From IMG/VR virus record IMGVR_UViG_3300044614_001780: DNA of 64,000 bases, one strand, 5' to 3'. Positions 48,043-57,799 of the stretch are shown here, one piece after another. Within the stretch, counting starts at the first letter, position 1, and every line of letters begins with the position of its first letter. A model generated the notes under the pieces. It ran no database searches. It was not told the origin of the DNA and was given only the letters and a program-made list of their open reading frames with translations. The position numbers and the translations under genes were made by a program. The stretch comes from a virus.

Positions 48043-49925
48043 TATCCGTCAACAATATTATAAACGATTTTTGAATACATTGTTAAGAAATTAGCAGAGT
48101 CCGAAGATGGTAAAATAGGTATAGATGGACCACTATCACCCAAAGGATTGGTTGGTGGAATTATAACTTGTCCACCTCCCCCACCACCAGAAGATTGTTG
48201 TTGTCCTCCAGTAATCCCAGGCAATGTTACAACTGATGGTTTTGCTTGTGAAGGTGGTGGTTGAGATATGCTCATTGCTAATTTTGCCCTCTCTTCTGGG
48301 GCAAACATTGATGGGTCTACACCAAGTCCACCCATTCCTCCTTTTACTTGAGAAGTTTTTGGTAAATATTCTTTAACTTTTTTCGATGCTTCTTCTTTTG
48401 TTACACTTCCATCCTTATTTAAATCGAGACCTGCATTCTGAGTATAAGCACGTCCAGTATAACCACTCATGGCACCTTTGCCAAAAAGAACGAAATTGTC
48501 AGGTTTTCCTACAGCAGCAGGAAAAAGAACAGACATATAAACATCGGATAAAGATCCACCTTTATTTAAAGTTCCTTCAAAATATTTGTCAACGTATTTA
48601 AGTTGCTCTGTTCTTGTCATTTTTGACAAAGCATCAGTGGAAGTTCCCAATCCCTTTGCAGTATCTGGCATAAATTGAATCAATCCAGTAGCACCACTGC
48701 CAGCTTTGTTCTTTATTGAAGGACTAAATGTTCCTCCAGTTTCAAATCCCATGACTGCATAAAGATAATCTTCTGGAATATTATATTTTTTAGAAATATC
48801 AGTAACTCCTTTTGTGAAAGAGGTATCTTTAGAAACTTCTTTGGGAATTGTTCCTGGAGAATAAGAAGATGGACCAGAAGGCATCCCTCCAGGGGAAGAA
48901 GCAGGACTAGATGAAGGTGCTGGAGAAGGTGCTCCACCTCCAGGAGAAGAAGTTGATGGTCCTTGACCTATCTTTGCTGATGAACCTTTTATCATTTCTT
49001 CAACAGCATTTGCAAATTTGTTTACAATAAATGCAAATGTATCAACTAATCCTGTCGGTATATTTGAAATTTGTGGGATACTCTGCAATCTATCACTATC
49101 TGCAAGAGCATTAACTGCCATCCCACCACCAACTGCACCAAGACCTAATCCCAAAAGACCCGCCCCCCTTCTTCCTATCCTAGCACTTCTTGGGGTAGTT
49201 CTTCTTAATGGTCCACCTGGAACATCAATATCCAAATTTAATCCTGGACTTCCTCCAGGAGATGCTTGTGGTAAATTTGATAGTTGATTTACTATTTTGA
49301 GAATGGTTTGCCTAATTAATTTTGCAATTTCAAAACTTTCAGTAAAAGAAGTCTTAAGTGTTGCGAGACTTTCTCTTAACTGTTTTATGTTTTTTCCACT
49401 TCCAAAGAAATTTACAAATCCAAGGGCATTCTTATATGCATCTAAAAATTTATCTAAAATACCAACGGGTTTTGCTGCATCAACATCTCTAAGTCTTTTT
49501 TGATAATTGTCGGAAAGTTGTTTAGTGAAATTGGCAGTCTGTTGTCTTATATTTTGTACAACAGTTTGTAGTTGAGTTACTTGAGAATTTTGCTGCTGCC
49601 TAATTTGTTGTATTTGATTTATTGTATTTGATGCTACTTGTTGTAATTTTCCGTCTACTTGCCTATTTGTTATATTTGTAGCATTTCTAATACTATTATC
49701 AACCTGATTTAAAATATTGGAAGAAATAGTACTTACAATAGAATTAATGTCTGGAGTTACTGGTTTTACTGCAGCACGTTGGAATCCTACAATTTTATTT
49801 GCAGCAGAAGAAACAACAGAAGACCCTAAAGGTGCTCCACCAGAAATAAAATTCTGAGCAGATTGTGAATTTATTGGATTTCTTCTTACTATTGATTCTG
49901 GTCTAAGGGCAGATTTAATTGCCAT
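48042..49925 (-). CDS. Tail/hub protein with lytic transglycosylase (lysozyme-like) domain
   Basis: AVMGFETGGTF...SGATGLIQFMPDTA...Y.QNAGLD. Confidence 0.85.
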   Translation of the reverse strand: MAIKSALRPESIVRRNPINSQSAQNFISGGAPLGSSVVSSAANKIVGFQRAAVKPVTPDINSIVSTISSNILNQVDNSIRNATNITNRQVDGKLQQVASNTINQIQQIRQQQNSQVTQLQTVVQNIRQQTANFTKQLSDNYQKRLRDVDAAKPVGILDKFLDAYKNALGFVNFFGSGKNIKQLRESLATLKTSFTESFEIAKLIRQTILKIVNQLSNLPQASPGGSPGLNLDIDVPGGPLRRTTPRSARIGRRGAGLLGLGLGAVGGGMAVNALADSDRLQSIPQISNIPTGLVDTFAFIVNKFANAVEEMIKGSSAKIGQGPSTSSPGGGAPSPAPSSSPASSPGGMPSGPSSYSPGTIPKEVSKDTSFTKGVTDISKKYNIPEDYLYAVMGFETGGTFSPSIKNKAGSGATGLIQFMPDTAKGLGTSTDALSKMTRTEQLKYVDKYFEGTLNKGGSLSDVYMSVLFPAAVGKPDNFVLFGKGAMSGYTGRAYTQNAGLDLNKDGSVTKEEASKKVKEYLPKTSQVKGGMGGLGVDPSMFAPEERAKLAMSISQPPPSQAKPSVVTLPGITGGQQQSSGGGGGGQVIIPPTNPLGDSGPSIPILPSSDSANFLTMYSKIVYNIVDG

Positions 49926-50103
49926 GTGCTTGCTGTTTTTGCTTCAGTTTTTCTTCTTCAATATGCTGCTGCAATAATCCAACGTAAATGTCCCTTTCCC
50001 AAGGCATCATATTTTCAATCTCAGTCAAAGAGTATTTATGGAACTGCATTAAGGCAAAATTGATTTTGAAATATGCCTCAAGATCCATATGGGACATAAT
50101 CAA
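49915..50103 (-). CDS. gp51: Baseplate hub assembly catalyst gp51
   Basis: YFKINFALMQFHKYSLTEIENMMPWERDIY. Confidence 0.9.
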   Translation of the reverse strand: MIMSHMDLEAYFKINFALMQFHKYSLTEIENMMPWERDIYVGLLQQHIEEEKLKQKQQAHGN

Positions 50104-50831
50104 CCGAAAAAACTCGTTAATCCCTCCAACGTCACTTCATTCATTACTCCAGTCTTAGGATTTTTAACCTGAATTGTGTGAGAAAGTTTTGGCATTGTTT
50201 CAAAGAACTTTTCAATCTTTTTGAACTGATTAGAATTCATCTGCTCAATAAATTCTATTAATTCTTTCTTTGTACAATCTGCTGCTGCCCAAGATTCTTC
50301 ATCACTATAAACCATATCAATACATGATGCAATAATATCAAAGGACTTTTCAATATTACTTTCACTTTGAGCATCACTAAAATCAAAATTATTTTTGATA
50401 AATTGATCCAATGAAGGATATTTCATTCTCATTATTAAATTATTATCTAATTTGATATCAGATGAATGTTCTGGGTCTTTTTTCACCTTAATTTCGTCAA
50501 TATAGACTGTTACTGGAACTTGTGTATTGGAATCATCATCGTAACAAGTTACAATTAAATCAATATTTTCCCCTACAGACTTTCCTCTTACATTTAAGAA
50601 TACATATTCAATGTCAAAAGTGGGCAGTTCTTCTACCTTCACCCCTTTGGTAATAATACACTCCTTTAATACTTGTTTTATTGCAGTAGTAATTTGTTTA
50701 GTATCTTGTGATTCTAATGCAATAATTAAAATCTTTTCTTCTTTTACTAAAAATGGTCTATATTTTATAGTTTTTCCGTTTGAAGGCAACTCCAACTCAT
50801 ATGTTGGTGTAGAAATCTTTGGTAAAGGCAT
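50100..50831 (-). CDS. gp26: Baseplate hub subunit gp26
   Basis: MPLPKISTPTYELELPS...YRPFLVKEEK...RGKSVGE...LEGLTSFF. Confidence 0.92.
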   Translation of the reverse strand: MPLPKISTPTYELELPSNGKTIKYRPFLVKEEKILIIALESQDTKQITTAIKQVLKECIITKGVKVEELPTFDIEYVFLNVRGKSVGENIDLIVTCYDDDSNTQVPVTVYIDEIKVKKDPEHSSDIKLDNNLIMRMKYPSLDQFIKNNFDFSDAQSESNIEKSFDIIASCIDMVYSDEESWAAADCTKKELIEFIEQMNSNQFKKIEKFFETMPKLSHTIQVKNPKTGVMNEVTLEGLTSFFG

Positions 50832-50862
50832 AATATCCTAATATAGTCTTCATTACGATTAT

Positions 50863-51633
50863 TTATCGAGTATTACCAGTACCATCATTTTTCTCATAAA
50901 CATACCTAGAATAACTAAATTCTACAGTTGTTTTAGTTATGGTGCTTCCCTCATATGAAACTGGAAGTGCAGTTATGTTTGTTGGAAATGCATCAATTAG
51001 TCTATATGTAATGGTTGGAACATTTCCCAGTTTCCCACCACTTAATTCTGGTCTTTCCTTAAAATTTCTTTCAAATTTAACTATACTAATAATTCTTTTG
51101 TACTCATTTGGATATCTCATTCTAAAAAAATCATTTCTATTTTTAGCATCACCAAATCCAATTTTAGATACTGGATATGAACCAGTACCACCATAAAGTG
51201 GGTTGATGAAATTCATCCATTCTTCAAATAAACGAATAAGTCTATAATCATTATCGACATAAAAAGTTAAAGTTACTGGAGTATAGATTCTCCTCGTTGG
51301 TATCCTTTCGATTATTCCCTGACGACTTCCTGCCTCTTCAGCAACTTCGAATGTTGCCCCTGGAATTACTGCTTCTGAACAATAAAAGTCATAATAAGCA
51401 TTTTTAACTGCATCATTAGTCAATCCAGAATTTGTCAGCCATTGCATCAACCTATCATCATCTGACGTTGTATTTGTCAAGTGCAATGCAACTTTAAATT
51501 GACTTGTTAATGATAATGCACCAAGAATATTTCTGGCACCCTCAAGTGTGACCGCACCATCTGATCTCTCGGTGGTCATCTTTACATAAAGTGGCCCTAT
51601 GTCTGGTTGCCCCTTCGAATCTCTTTGTGCCAT
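50863..51633 (-). CDS. Tail-tube-like protein (gp19/gp54 family)
   Basis: VTLTFYVD...FEEWMNFI...YRLIDAFPTNI...TVEFSY. Confidence 0.8.
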   Translation of the reverse strand: MAQRDSKGQPDIGPLYVKMTTERSDGAVTLEGARNILGALSLTSQFKVALHLTNTTSDDDRLMQWLTNSGLTNDAVKNAYYDFYCSEAVIPGATFEVAEEAGSRQGIIERIPTRRIYTPVTLTFYVDNDYRLIRLFEEWMNFINPLYGGTGSYPVSKIGFGDAKNRNDFFRMRYPNEYKRIISIVKFERNFKERPELSGGKLGNVPTITYRLIDAFPTNITALPVSYEGSTITKTTVEFSYSRYVYEKNDGTGNTR

Positions 51634-51634
51634 T

Positions 51635-51642
51635 TATAAATA
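51635..51642 (+). promoter_or_regulatory. T4-type late promoter
   Basis: Exact TATAAATA upstream of gp4. Confidence 0.8.
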
Positions 51643-51667
51643 TTTTTAAAAAATATCTATACTATGT

Positions 51668-52135
51668 ATGCCACATAAAGATGATTCTGGGTACAGACAA
51701 GGAAAATTTAGACCACAAAAACCAGAAAAATACAAAGGAGATCCAACTAAAATAATTTACAGGTCATCATATGAATTAAAATTCATGCAATATTGTGACC
51801 TAACAGAAAGTGTAAATGAATGGAAATCTGAAGAATTTTTTATTCCTTACATATCACCAATAGATAATAAAGTACATAGATATTTCCCAGATTTCTTTGT
51901 TAAGTATAGAGATAAAAATGGAAATACTCGTACTTTAGTTGTAGAAATAAAACCAGAAAAAGATTTAAAAATGCCAGAACAAAACCCAAAAAGAAGAACA
52001 AAATCTTGGGCATATAATGTAAAAACATGGGCAATAAATCAGGCAAAATGGAAAGCAGCAAAAGAATATTGTGAAGATAGAAAATACGAATTTCGTATCT
52101 TAACAGAAAAAGACCTAGGAATTAAAGTAAGATGA
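51668..52135 (+). CDS. gp4: Head completion protein gp4
   Basis: GKFRPQKPEKYKGDP..IIYRSSYE...RYFPDF...EIKP...NQAKW. Confidence 0.93.
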   Translation: MPHKDDSGYRQGKFRPQKPEKYKGDPTKIIYRSSYELKFMQYCDLTESVNEWKSEEFFIPYISPIDNKVHRYFPDFFVKYRDKNGNTRTLVVEIKPEKDLKMPEQNPKRRTKSWAYNVKTWAINQAKWKAAKEYCEDRKYEFRILTEKDLGIKVR

Positions 52136-52629
52136 TATCAGAGGACATAAAACAACAAGCGGGAAAAAAATTCAGAAGTAGCAATTGGTGGACAAATGCT
52201 ACAATGAATGAATTAAGAAATTATCAAAGAAAAAATATAAATGAATTTGATACTAATTTTATAGTTCCTGGAGATTTAGTTTTTTTCTTATATTCAGCAA
52301 AATATCCCCAAAAATATCTTTGGTGGGATAGGCACCCATTATCCTTTATAGTTGATGTAAACCCGAGAGAAGGTAGCTTTATTGGAATCAATCTTCATTA
52401 CTTAAATCCACAATATAGAGGGGGATTTGCCAAATCACTCCTAAATAAAACAGGAATTTCCAATGCACCAAAAAAGACTATTCACAAATATCTTTTTTCT
52501 GGTGTGATGAGTGAACTGTTTAAAGTCCCAAAAAATGATTGGGTTGGTGTTTCATTATTACCGACAGAGCAATTTGTCGATAAAAACGGATTATCCGTAC
52601 CAAAATACCGAGTCTGGGACGCACCATAA
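52132..52629 (+). CDS. gp2: DNA end protector gp2
   Basis: FFLYSAKY...WDRHPL...GINLHYL...LPTEQF. Confidence 0.8.
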   Translation: MISEDIKQQAGKKFRSSNWWTNATMNELRNYQRKNINEFDTNFIVPGDLVFFLYSAKYPQKYLWWDRHPLSFIVDVNPREGSFIGINLHYLNPQYRGGFAKSLLNKTGISNAPKKTIHKYLFSGVMSELFKVPKNDWVGVSLLPTEQFVDKNGLSVPKYRVWDAP

Positions 52630-54153
52630 ATGAGTTATAAGTTATTAAAAGACAATTACTATACTTCTGGAATTGCCCCTCTTGGAGTTCCTTTAGGATT
52701 CGGATTAAGGTATGACCCCACAACTGGTGATTATGAATTAAAACAAAAAGGTCTTGGTGGTAGTTACGATATTGGAATTGGACTTGCAGTTTTTTACAAA
52801 AATGGAAGTTGGTATGGGGATGCTTTAAAAGACCCAAAACTATTCAAAGATGGAAAACCAACTGCATTAGCAAATCAAATAAGTGAAGATATTAGAAGAA
52901 AGGTTGGAGCAGCATACACAAAAGGTGGTGGGGCAAATTCTGGATTAAAAATAAACAAAACTGCATTAGATCCATCTGGGACTGCAGGAATTAATAATTT
53001 TTTCCCAGGGACAAATCCAGGTATTGCAACTGCTGTCCCTGGGGGACCAATTTTATCATCACCTCCAGGGTCATTACCTGCATTTAATTCTCCTCTAGAT
53101 TTCCCAAGTGTAAATGAAGATGCTCTTTTTGGGACAGAAGCAATAAGAGCATCCAAATTGCTTGTTTATCCAGTTGATATCCTTGAAAACCGACAAGATA
53201 CACTAAGGATAACAATGTATAATTATTCTTCTCCTTCTGGAGAAAGTCTATTTGGTGGTCAATCAGCAGAAAGCATAGTAACAGAAGGAGTACAAAGATC
53301 AAGTGGAGCAAAAGTAGGGAAAGAAGATTTTAAAGGAACCGTAATTCTTCCAATTCCAAATAATGCATCCGATTCAAATTCTGTTGCATGGGCAGAAGAT
53401 ACTATGAATAATATTAATGCTGCAATTCTATCTACTGTTTCTAAAGATTTGGGTGGAACTACTGCTGGAGCTCTTGCTGGAGCATTAACTAAGCAACTTA
53501 CTGGAGTAAATCCAAATCAAGCAATTTATTATCTTGATTTAATTCAAAAGATAGGTCCAGACTTAAAAGACCCTAATGTACTGAAGCAAGTTCAGGCAAT
53601 TACTAGCTCTTTGGTTATGAAGCAAGCAGGTTTTGACATTCCACCAGAAACAATACTTTCAAGAGGATTTGGAGTCGTTCCAAATTCTAATATGGAATTG
53701 CTATTTAATGCTCCAAAATTAAGAAGTTTTGAATTTTCTTGGAGAATGAGTCCAAGAAGTGCAACAGAAGCAAAAACTGTAAAAAGAATTATAAGATTCT
53801 TCAAACAGGGAATGGCAGCAAGAAAATTAAGTGCTTCTTCTGGTGCTGGAGCATCATCCGCACTACTCGGAACTCCTAATATATTTAAATTGCAATATAA
53901 AACTGTAGATGATAGACCAATTTCTGGATTAAATAGATTTAAATTATGTGCATTAACTGGGTTTAGTGTCAATTATACACCAGACGGTCAATGGTCTGCA
54001 TATGATGAGGGACAACCAGTTTCGGTAAACATTGGAATGGGATTTACAGAGTTAGAACCAATCTTTGAATCTGATTACCAGAATACCATCTGGGATAAAT
54101 TAAAAGACAAACCAGATTTAGATCCAATAGAAGCAGACGATGTAGGTTACTAA
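52630..54153 (+). CDS. gp48: Baseplate tail-tube cap gp48
   Basis: LPIP...NMELLFNAPKLRSFEFSWRMSPRS...YTPDG...FTELEPI. Confidence 0.9.
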   Translation: MSYKLLKDNYYTSGIAPLGVPLGFGLRYDPTTGDYELKQKGLGGSYDIGIGLAVFYKNGSWYGDALKDPKLFKDGKPTALANQISEDIRRKVGAAYTKGGGANSGLKINKTALDPSGTAGINNFFPGTNPGIATAVPGGPILSSPPGSLPAFNSPLDFPSVNEDALFGTEAIRASKLLVYPVDILENRQDTLRITMYNYSSPSGESLFGGQSAESIVTEGVQRSSGAKVGKEDFKGTVILPIPNNASDSNSVAWAEDTMNNINAAILSTVSKDLGGTTAGALAGALTKQLTGVNPNQAIYYLDLIQKIGPDLKDPNVLKQVQAITSSLVMKQAGFDIPPETILSRGFGVVPNSNMELLFNAPKLRSFEFSWRMSPRSATEAKTVKRIIRFFKQGMAARKLSASSGAGASSALLGTPNIFKLQYKTVDDRPISGLNRFKLCALTGFSVNYTPDGQWSAYDEGQPVSVNIGMGFTELEPIFESDYQNTIWDKLKDKPDLDPIEADDVGY

Positions 54154-54154
54154 T

Positions 54155-55006
54155 ATGCCATACTTTAGAGAACTTCCAGATTTACAGTACCCTTCTCCAT
54201 TTAAAACGAGAAATTATATTGATGAATTTGTAACAGCAAAAAATATTTTTAGAAGAGCAAAACTAAGAAATGATGTGGCAAATTTTGCTACTGCATTTAC
54301 TTATTATCAAATAGTTGATAATGAAAGACCAGAACAAATTGCCAAAAAGGTATATGATGACCCAGATTTAGACTGGATTATTCTATTAACTAATAATATT
54401 ACTGACTTAAATAATGAATGGCCATTGAATAATGACTCTTTGTATAATTATATGATTCAAAAATATGGATCAGACGAAGAGTTGGCAAAAGTTCATCATT
54501 ATGAAACTGTAGAGTATAAAGATGAATATGGAAGAATTATTATTGAAGGGGGATTACAAGTAGACCCTGCAAAGTCTGAATCAATTCAGACGAATGAAAA
54601 CTCAAATGAATATTTGTTAAATTCTTTCCCAAGTTCAAAAAGTAATACTGTAATTAGTATCAATCTTTGTCAAAAACTAACCATATATGGAAGAGACATC
54701 AGAACAAGTGAATATTTGGTAACAGATATTCAAACAAACGTTTCTTATTTAAAGGTAAAGTCAAAAATTGGAACGAATAATTTTGGTGATATTTCAATAT
54801 TAAATAGTTTAGCAGACTGGCCTTATAGTTGGGGTGGAGTATTAAAAGTAAAACAAAGAAGTGGTGAAGAAGTTGAAGTAAAACTAACTGATATTATTAC
54901 CGATAATAAAATAAGGATACCAGAAAGATTGTACGAAATTACAGGAACTCTTGTAAATGGAGTTCTTCAACCAACCTTTAAATTCACCAACGAGTTACCA
55001 GTATGA
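54155..55006 (+). CDS. gp53: Baseplate wedge gp53, N-terminal part plus extra domain
   Basis: YFRELP...KNIFRR...ERPEQIA...DWIILL...EWP...HHYET. Confidence 0.88.
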   Translation: MPYFRELPDLQYPSPFKTRNYIDEFVTAKNIFRRAKLRNDVANFATAFTYYQIVDNERPEQIAKKVYDDPDLDWIILLTNNITDLNNEWPLNNDSLYNYMIQKYGSDEELAKVHHYETVEYKDEYGRIIIEGGLQVDPAKSESIQTNENSNEYLLNSFPSSKSNTVISINLCQKLTIYGRDIRTSEYLVTDIQTNVSYLKVKSKIGTNNFGDISILNSLADWPYSWGGVLKVKQRSGEEVEVKLTDIITDNKIRIPERLYEITGTLVNGVLQPTFKFTNELPV

Positions 55007-55293
55007 AATTCCCCTATCCTGGAATGAAAATTTTTATCGAATCCGATAGTCAAATATTGGAATATCTCGATACCGAAGGAAATATACAGACAGTAAAAAA
55101 TGTAGTTACCCCAGTAACAAATTATGATTATGAAGTAAAAGAGAACGAAAAGAAAAGAACAATACTTCTTTTAAGACCAGAATATATTGGTTCTGTCACA
55201 TATGATATGAGAAATATGATGAAGTATAGTAGATCTTCTCAATACGTAGATTCTACGACAAAGAAAGCATATAATCCAAGAAATAATACATGA
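55003..55293 (+). CDS. Baseplate wedge gp53, C-terminal part
   Basis: PVTNYDYEVKENEKKRTILLLRPEY...MKYSRSSQYV is the usual gp53 C-terminal motif. Confidence 0.75.
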   Translation: MKFPYPGMKIFIESDSQILEYLDTEGNIQTVKNVVTPVTNYDYEVKENEKKRTILLLRPEYIGSVTYDMRNMMKYSRSSQYVDSTTKKAYNPRNNT

Positions 55294-55341
55294 AAATCCC
55301 GCAAAACTTTCACGATAGAAAATTTTGCGGGAATTTTTTTT
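55293..55341. terminator. Bidirectional terminator between convergent operons
   Basis: AAAATCCCGCAAAA...TTTTGCGGGAATTTTTTT. Confidence 0.75.
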
Positions 55342-55371
55342 CGACCTTTTTTTATTCAAAAGGGTGATTTT

Positions 55372-55611
55372 CTAACAGGGATAGTATTGAACCTCTTTAA
55401 ATGTTCTGACATAAGGTTCAATTCTTCCATCTCCAGAAACTACCTCTTCACGAATGACTTCCCTTCTGCAATTGCTATAATATCTTGGGGAATAGTATGA
55501 GGGAGCATAATAATATCCTCCCCCTCTAAATGGTCTCCAAAATTCATTCCAAGTTATTGCTTTTACTGGAAAAGCAATAACAAGCACAGAAAGAAAAATC
55601 AACGACTTCAT
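55372..55611 (-). CDS. Hypothetical secreted protein
   Basis: Signal-peptide-like N-terminus; ATGA overlap with gp32. Confidence 0.65.
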   Translation of the reverse strand: MKSLIFLSVLVIAFPVKAITWNEFWRPFRGGGYYYAPSYYSPRYYSNCRREVIREEVVSGDGRIEPYVRTFKEVQYYPC

Positions 55612-56546
55612 GATTCAGCAAGTTTTTGGAAATAACTTAGAGCATCATCTTCCCCATCTTCATCCTCGTAACTACTCTTAGACGAACTAGAAGTTACATC
55701 ATCATAAGATGCGGACCTAGAAGAGGACGAAGTTTCACCACGACGTTCACGATCCCAATCTTCTTCCTCAGCAACAACTTCTGGATCTTGATTCTTAGGA
55801 ACACCACGAAGACCAAGAGTATATTCAAGACGCTTCTTCAAGTCATCATAAGACTTGAACTCTTTAGGGTCTGTGAAATCATTCAGATTATTCAGAGACT
55901 TATAGACCTTTTCTAGATCGTCATCATCACCATCAAGCAGAGGAGAAGGTGCTGCAAATTCGGACTTGTCGTAGTTCCAATAACCATCTTTCTTGACAAG
56001 TTTCAGTTTAAAGTTAGCACCAGTCCAGAAGTCAAAAGGATTGATGGGAGTTTCATCTTCAAACTCAGGTTGCATTGCGGCAAGAATCTTGTCATAGATT
56101 TTCTTACCAAACTTATAAAGAAAAACTTTTCCCTCATTGTCTGGATTGGCAGGATCACGAATAACATAAATGTTCGCAAAATAAGAAAGTTTGCGTTTTT
56201 GTTTACGTGCTTCTTCTTTGTCACGGTCTGAACCAGAGTTCCAGAGAACACGATTCTTTTCACAAACAGGACATTGCTGACCAAGAGTAGTGAGGCAGTT
56301 GTCAATCAACCAACCACCAGTACCCTGGAATGCGTGAGACCATACTTGTGCCCAAGGCAGTTCACAACCTTCGGGAGCAGGGAGGAAACGGATAACTGCG
56401 GAACCTACACCGCTCTTATCCATAACAGGTTTCCAAAAACGGTCATCATCCTTGGAACCACCATCATTCAGTTTTTCTACTTGTTTAATGAGTTTCTCGG
56501 TGAGAGAACCCATTTTAGATTGCTTTTTAAGATCAGCAAAAGACAT
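55608..56546 (-). CDS. gp32: Single-stranded DNA-binding protein gp32
   Basis: MSFADLKKQS...DDRFWKP...AVIRFLP...HAFQG...CPVC...acidic tail LSYFQKLAE. Confidence 0.97.
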   Translation of the reverse strand: MSFADLKKQSKMGSLTEKLIKQVEKLNDGGSKDDDRFWKPVMDKSGVGSAVIRFLPAPEGCELPWAQVWSHAFQGTGGWLIDNCLTTLGQQCPVCEKNRVLWNSGSDRDKEEARKQKRKLSYFANIYVIRDPANPDNEGKVFLYKFGKKIYDKILAAMQPEFEDETPINPFDFWTGANFKLKLVKKDGYWNYDKSEFAAPSPLLDGDDDDLEKVYKSLNNLNDFTDPKEFKSYDDLKKRLEYTLGLRGVPKNQDPEVVAEEEDWDRERRGETSSSSRSASYDDVTSSSSKSSYEDEDGEDDALSYFQKLAES

Positions 56547-56631
56547 TCGTATTCTCCGTATTAGTAGTATTGAACGTGTATGTACTGTATTGGTACGTAT
56601 TAATTGTATCAGGCAATGGGTCAGTCGTCAA
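56547..56631 (-). promoter_or_regulatory. gp32 promoter and ATAC-repeat leader
   Basis: TTGACG-17-TACAAT; leader with repeated AATAC/TAC units. Confidence 0.65.
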
Positions 56632-56953
56632 GGGTTTTCTCAAGAGACTCAATATTGGATTCAAGCATTTCAAAGAAATCATTCACGGTCCCATCTTCTG
56701 CCAAACCAAATAATTTAGCAGAATCAATAATTCTCTTTTTCATTTCAATTGCTTCTGGATCATCAGACAAAGATAATCTAAAGATAAAAAGTTTTTGTTT
56801 TTCAAGAAACTCCTTCATCAATTCAAGATGTTCTTTTTTACCATTATTATCATAGAATGAAAGATTCAAAACTTGTTCAAAAAGTTTTTGTTGAATTTCT
56901 TCTAATTCTAATACAGATTTTCTGACCATCTCTGAATCAAAAAATCTAGTCAT
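56621..56953 (-). CDS. DUF1825-like protein
   Basis: FFDSEMVR...EKQKLFIFRLSLSDDPEA. Confidence 0.75.
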   Translation of the reverse strand: MTRFFDSEMVRKSVLELEEIQQKLFEQVLNLSFYDNNGKKEHLELMKEFLEKQKLFIFRLSLSDDPEAIEMKKRIIDSAKLFGLAEDGTVNDFFEMLESNIESLEKTLDD

Positions 56954-57540
56954 AATACTATCTCCTTTAAGATTTTTGTAAATTTTGCCTCATCAATATT
57001 TAGGAATGGTTTATATTTTTTAATTTTAAGACTTACGGTTTCCCACACTGGGTCTAAAATTTTTTTATCAAATTTTGAAACATATCCAAGAATAGAATCA
57101 AGTATTACCATAGTTTCCAAAGTAATTGCATTTTGCAAATACTTTTTTAATATCTCTGGATGTTTATTTGGTTTGCATGTAAATAAATGGTCCAAACTAT
57201 CCTTAGAAATAAAAATCTCACTTTCTGTTTTAAACAAATAAGTAAGACTCTGATATTTTTTTAACCACTCAGTATAATTTTTTTCCCCATTGGAAATTAT
57301 TTCCCCAATCCATAAAGATTGGGGATCTGTGCATTCTATAAAACTAGCAACAAAATAAAATTTTATCTCGTCATCTGTTTTTTGACGAGATAATTTTTCA
57401 AAAAAGTATCTATCTTTTCTTTTGTTATATGAATCTATAGATGCTCTTGACCTTCCGCAATACTTAAAATAATCATATTTTTCTTTTGTAAAGTGATTTT
57501 TTATAGCCAAATAAGTTTTGTAAACATCAAAGGGAGTCAC
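56950..57540 (-). CDS. gp59: Helicase loader gp59
   Basis: YKTYLAIKNHFT..YDYFKY...KRKDRYFFEKL. Confidence 0.9.
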   Translation of the reverse strand: MTPFDVYKTYLAIKNHFTKEKYDYFKYCGRSRASIDSYNKRKDRYFFEKLSRQKTDDEIKFYFVASFIECTDPQSLWIGEIISNGEKNYTEWLKKYQSLTYLFKTESEIFISKDSLDHLFTCKPNKHPEILKKYLQNAITLETMVILDSILGYVSKFDKKILDPVWETVSLKIKKYKPFLNIDEAKFTKILKEIVL

Positions 57541-57543
57541 GGT

Positions 57544-57798
57544 TCAAAAGTTCAAAGTTGCCCTACTAGTCTTTTTAAGAAAATTCAATTTTGTAGCTTC
57601 GTATTTTATTTTTTCTTTAAGTGGTTTTGGAATTAATTTTGGAACAGTCTCTATTTCTATTGAATTTTCCTCGCAATAAGTAACAATAGCATCAATGTAA
57701 CTAATTTTAGAAATTTTTACAATGCTTTCAATATCTTGAGCAAACTTTTGTGGACATAGAAACTTATCTTTAATTACATCTTTAATGTTATTTTCCAT
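57544..57798 (-). CDS. gp33: Late-promoter transcription coactivator gp33
   Basis: KFAQDIE...SYIDAIVTYCEENSIE...KPLKEKIKYEATKLNFLK. Confidence 0.9.
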   Translation of the reverse strand: MENNIKDVIKDKFLCPQKFAQDIESIVKISKISYIDAIVTYCEENSIEIETVPKLIPKPLKEKIKYEATKLNFLKKTSRATLNF

Positions 57799-57799
57799 G

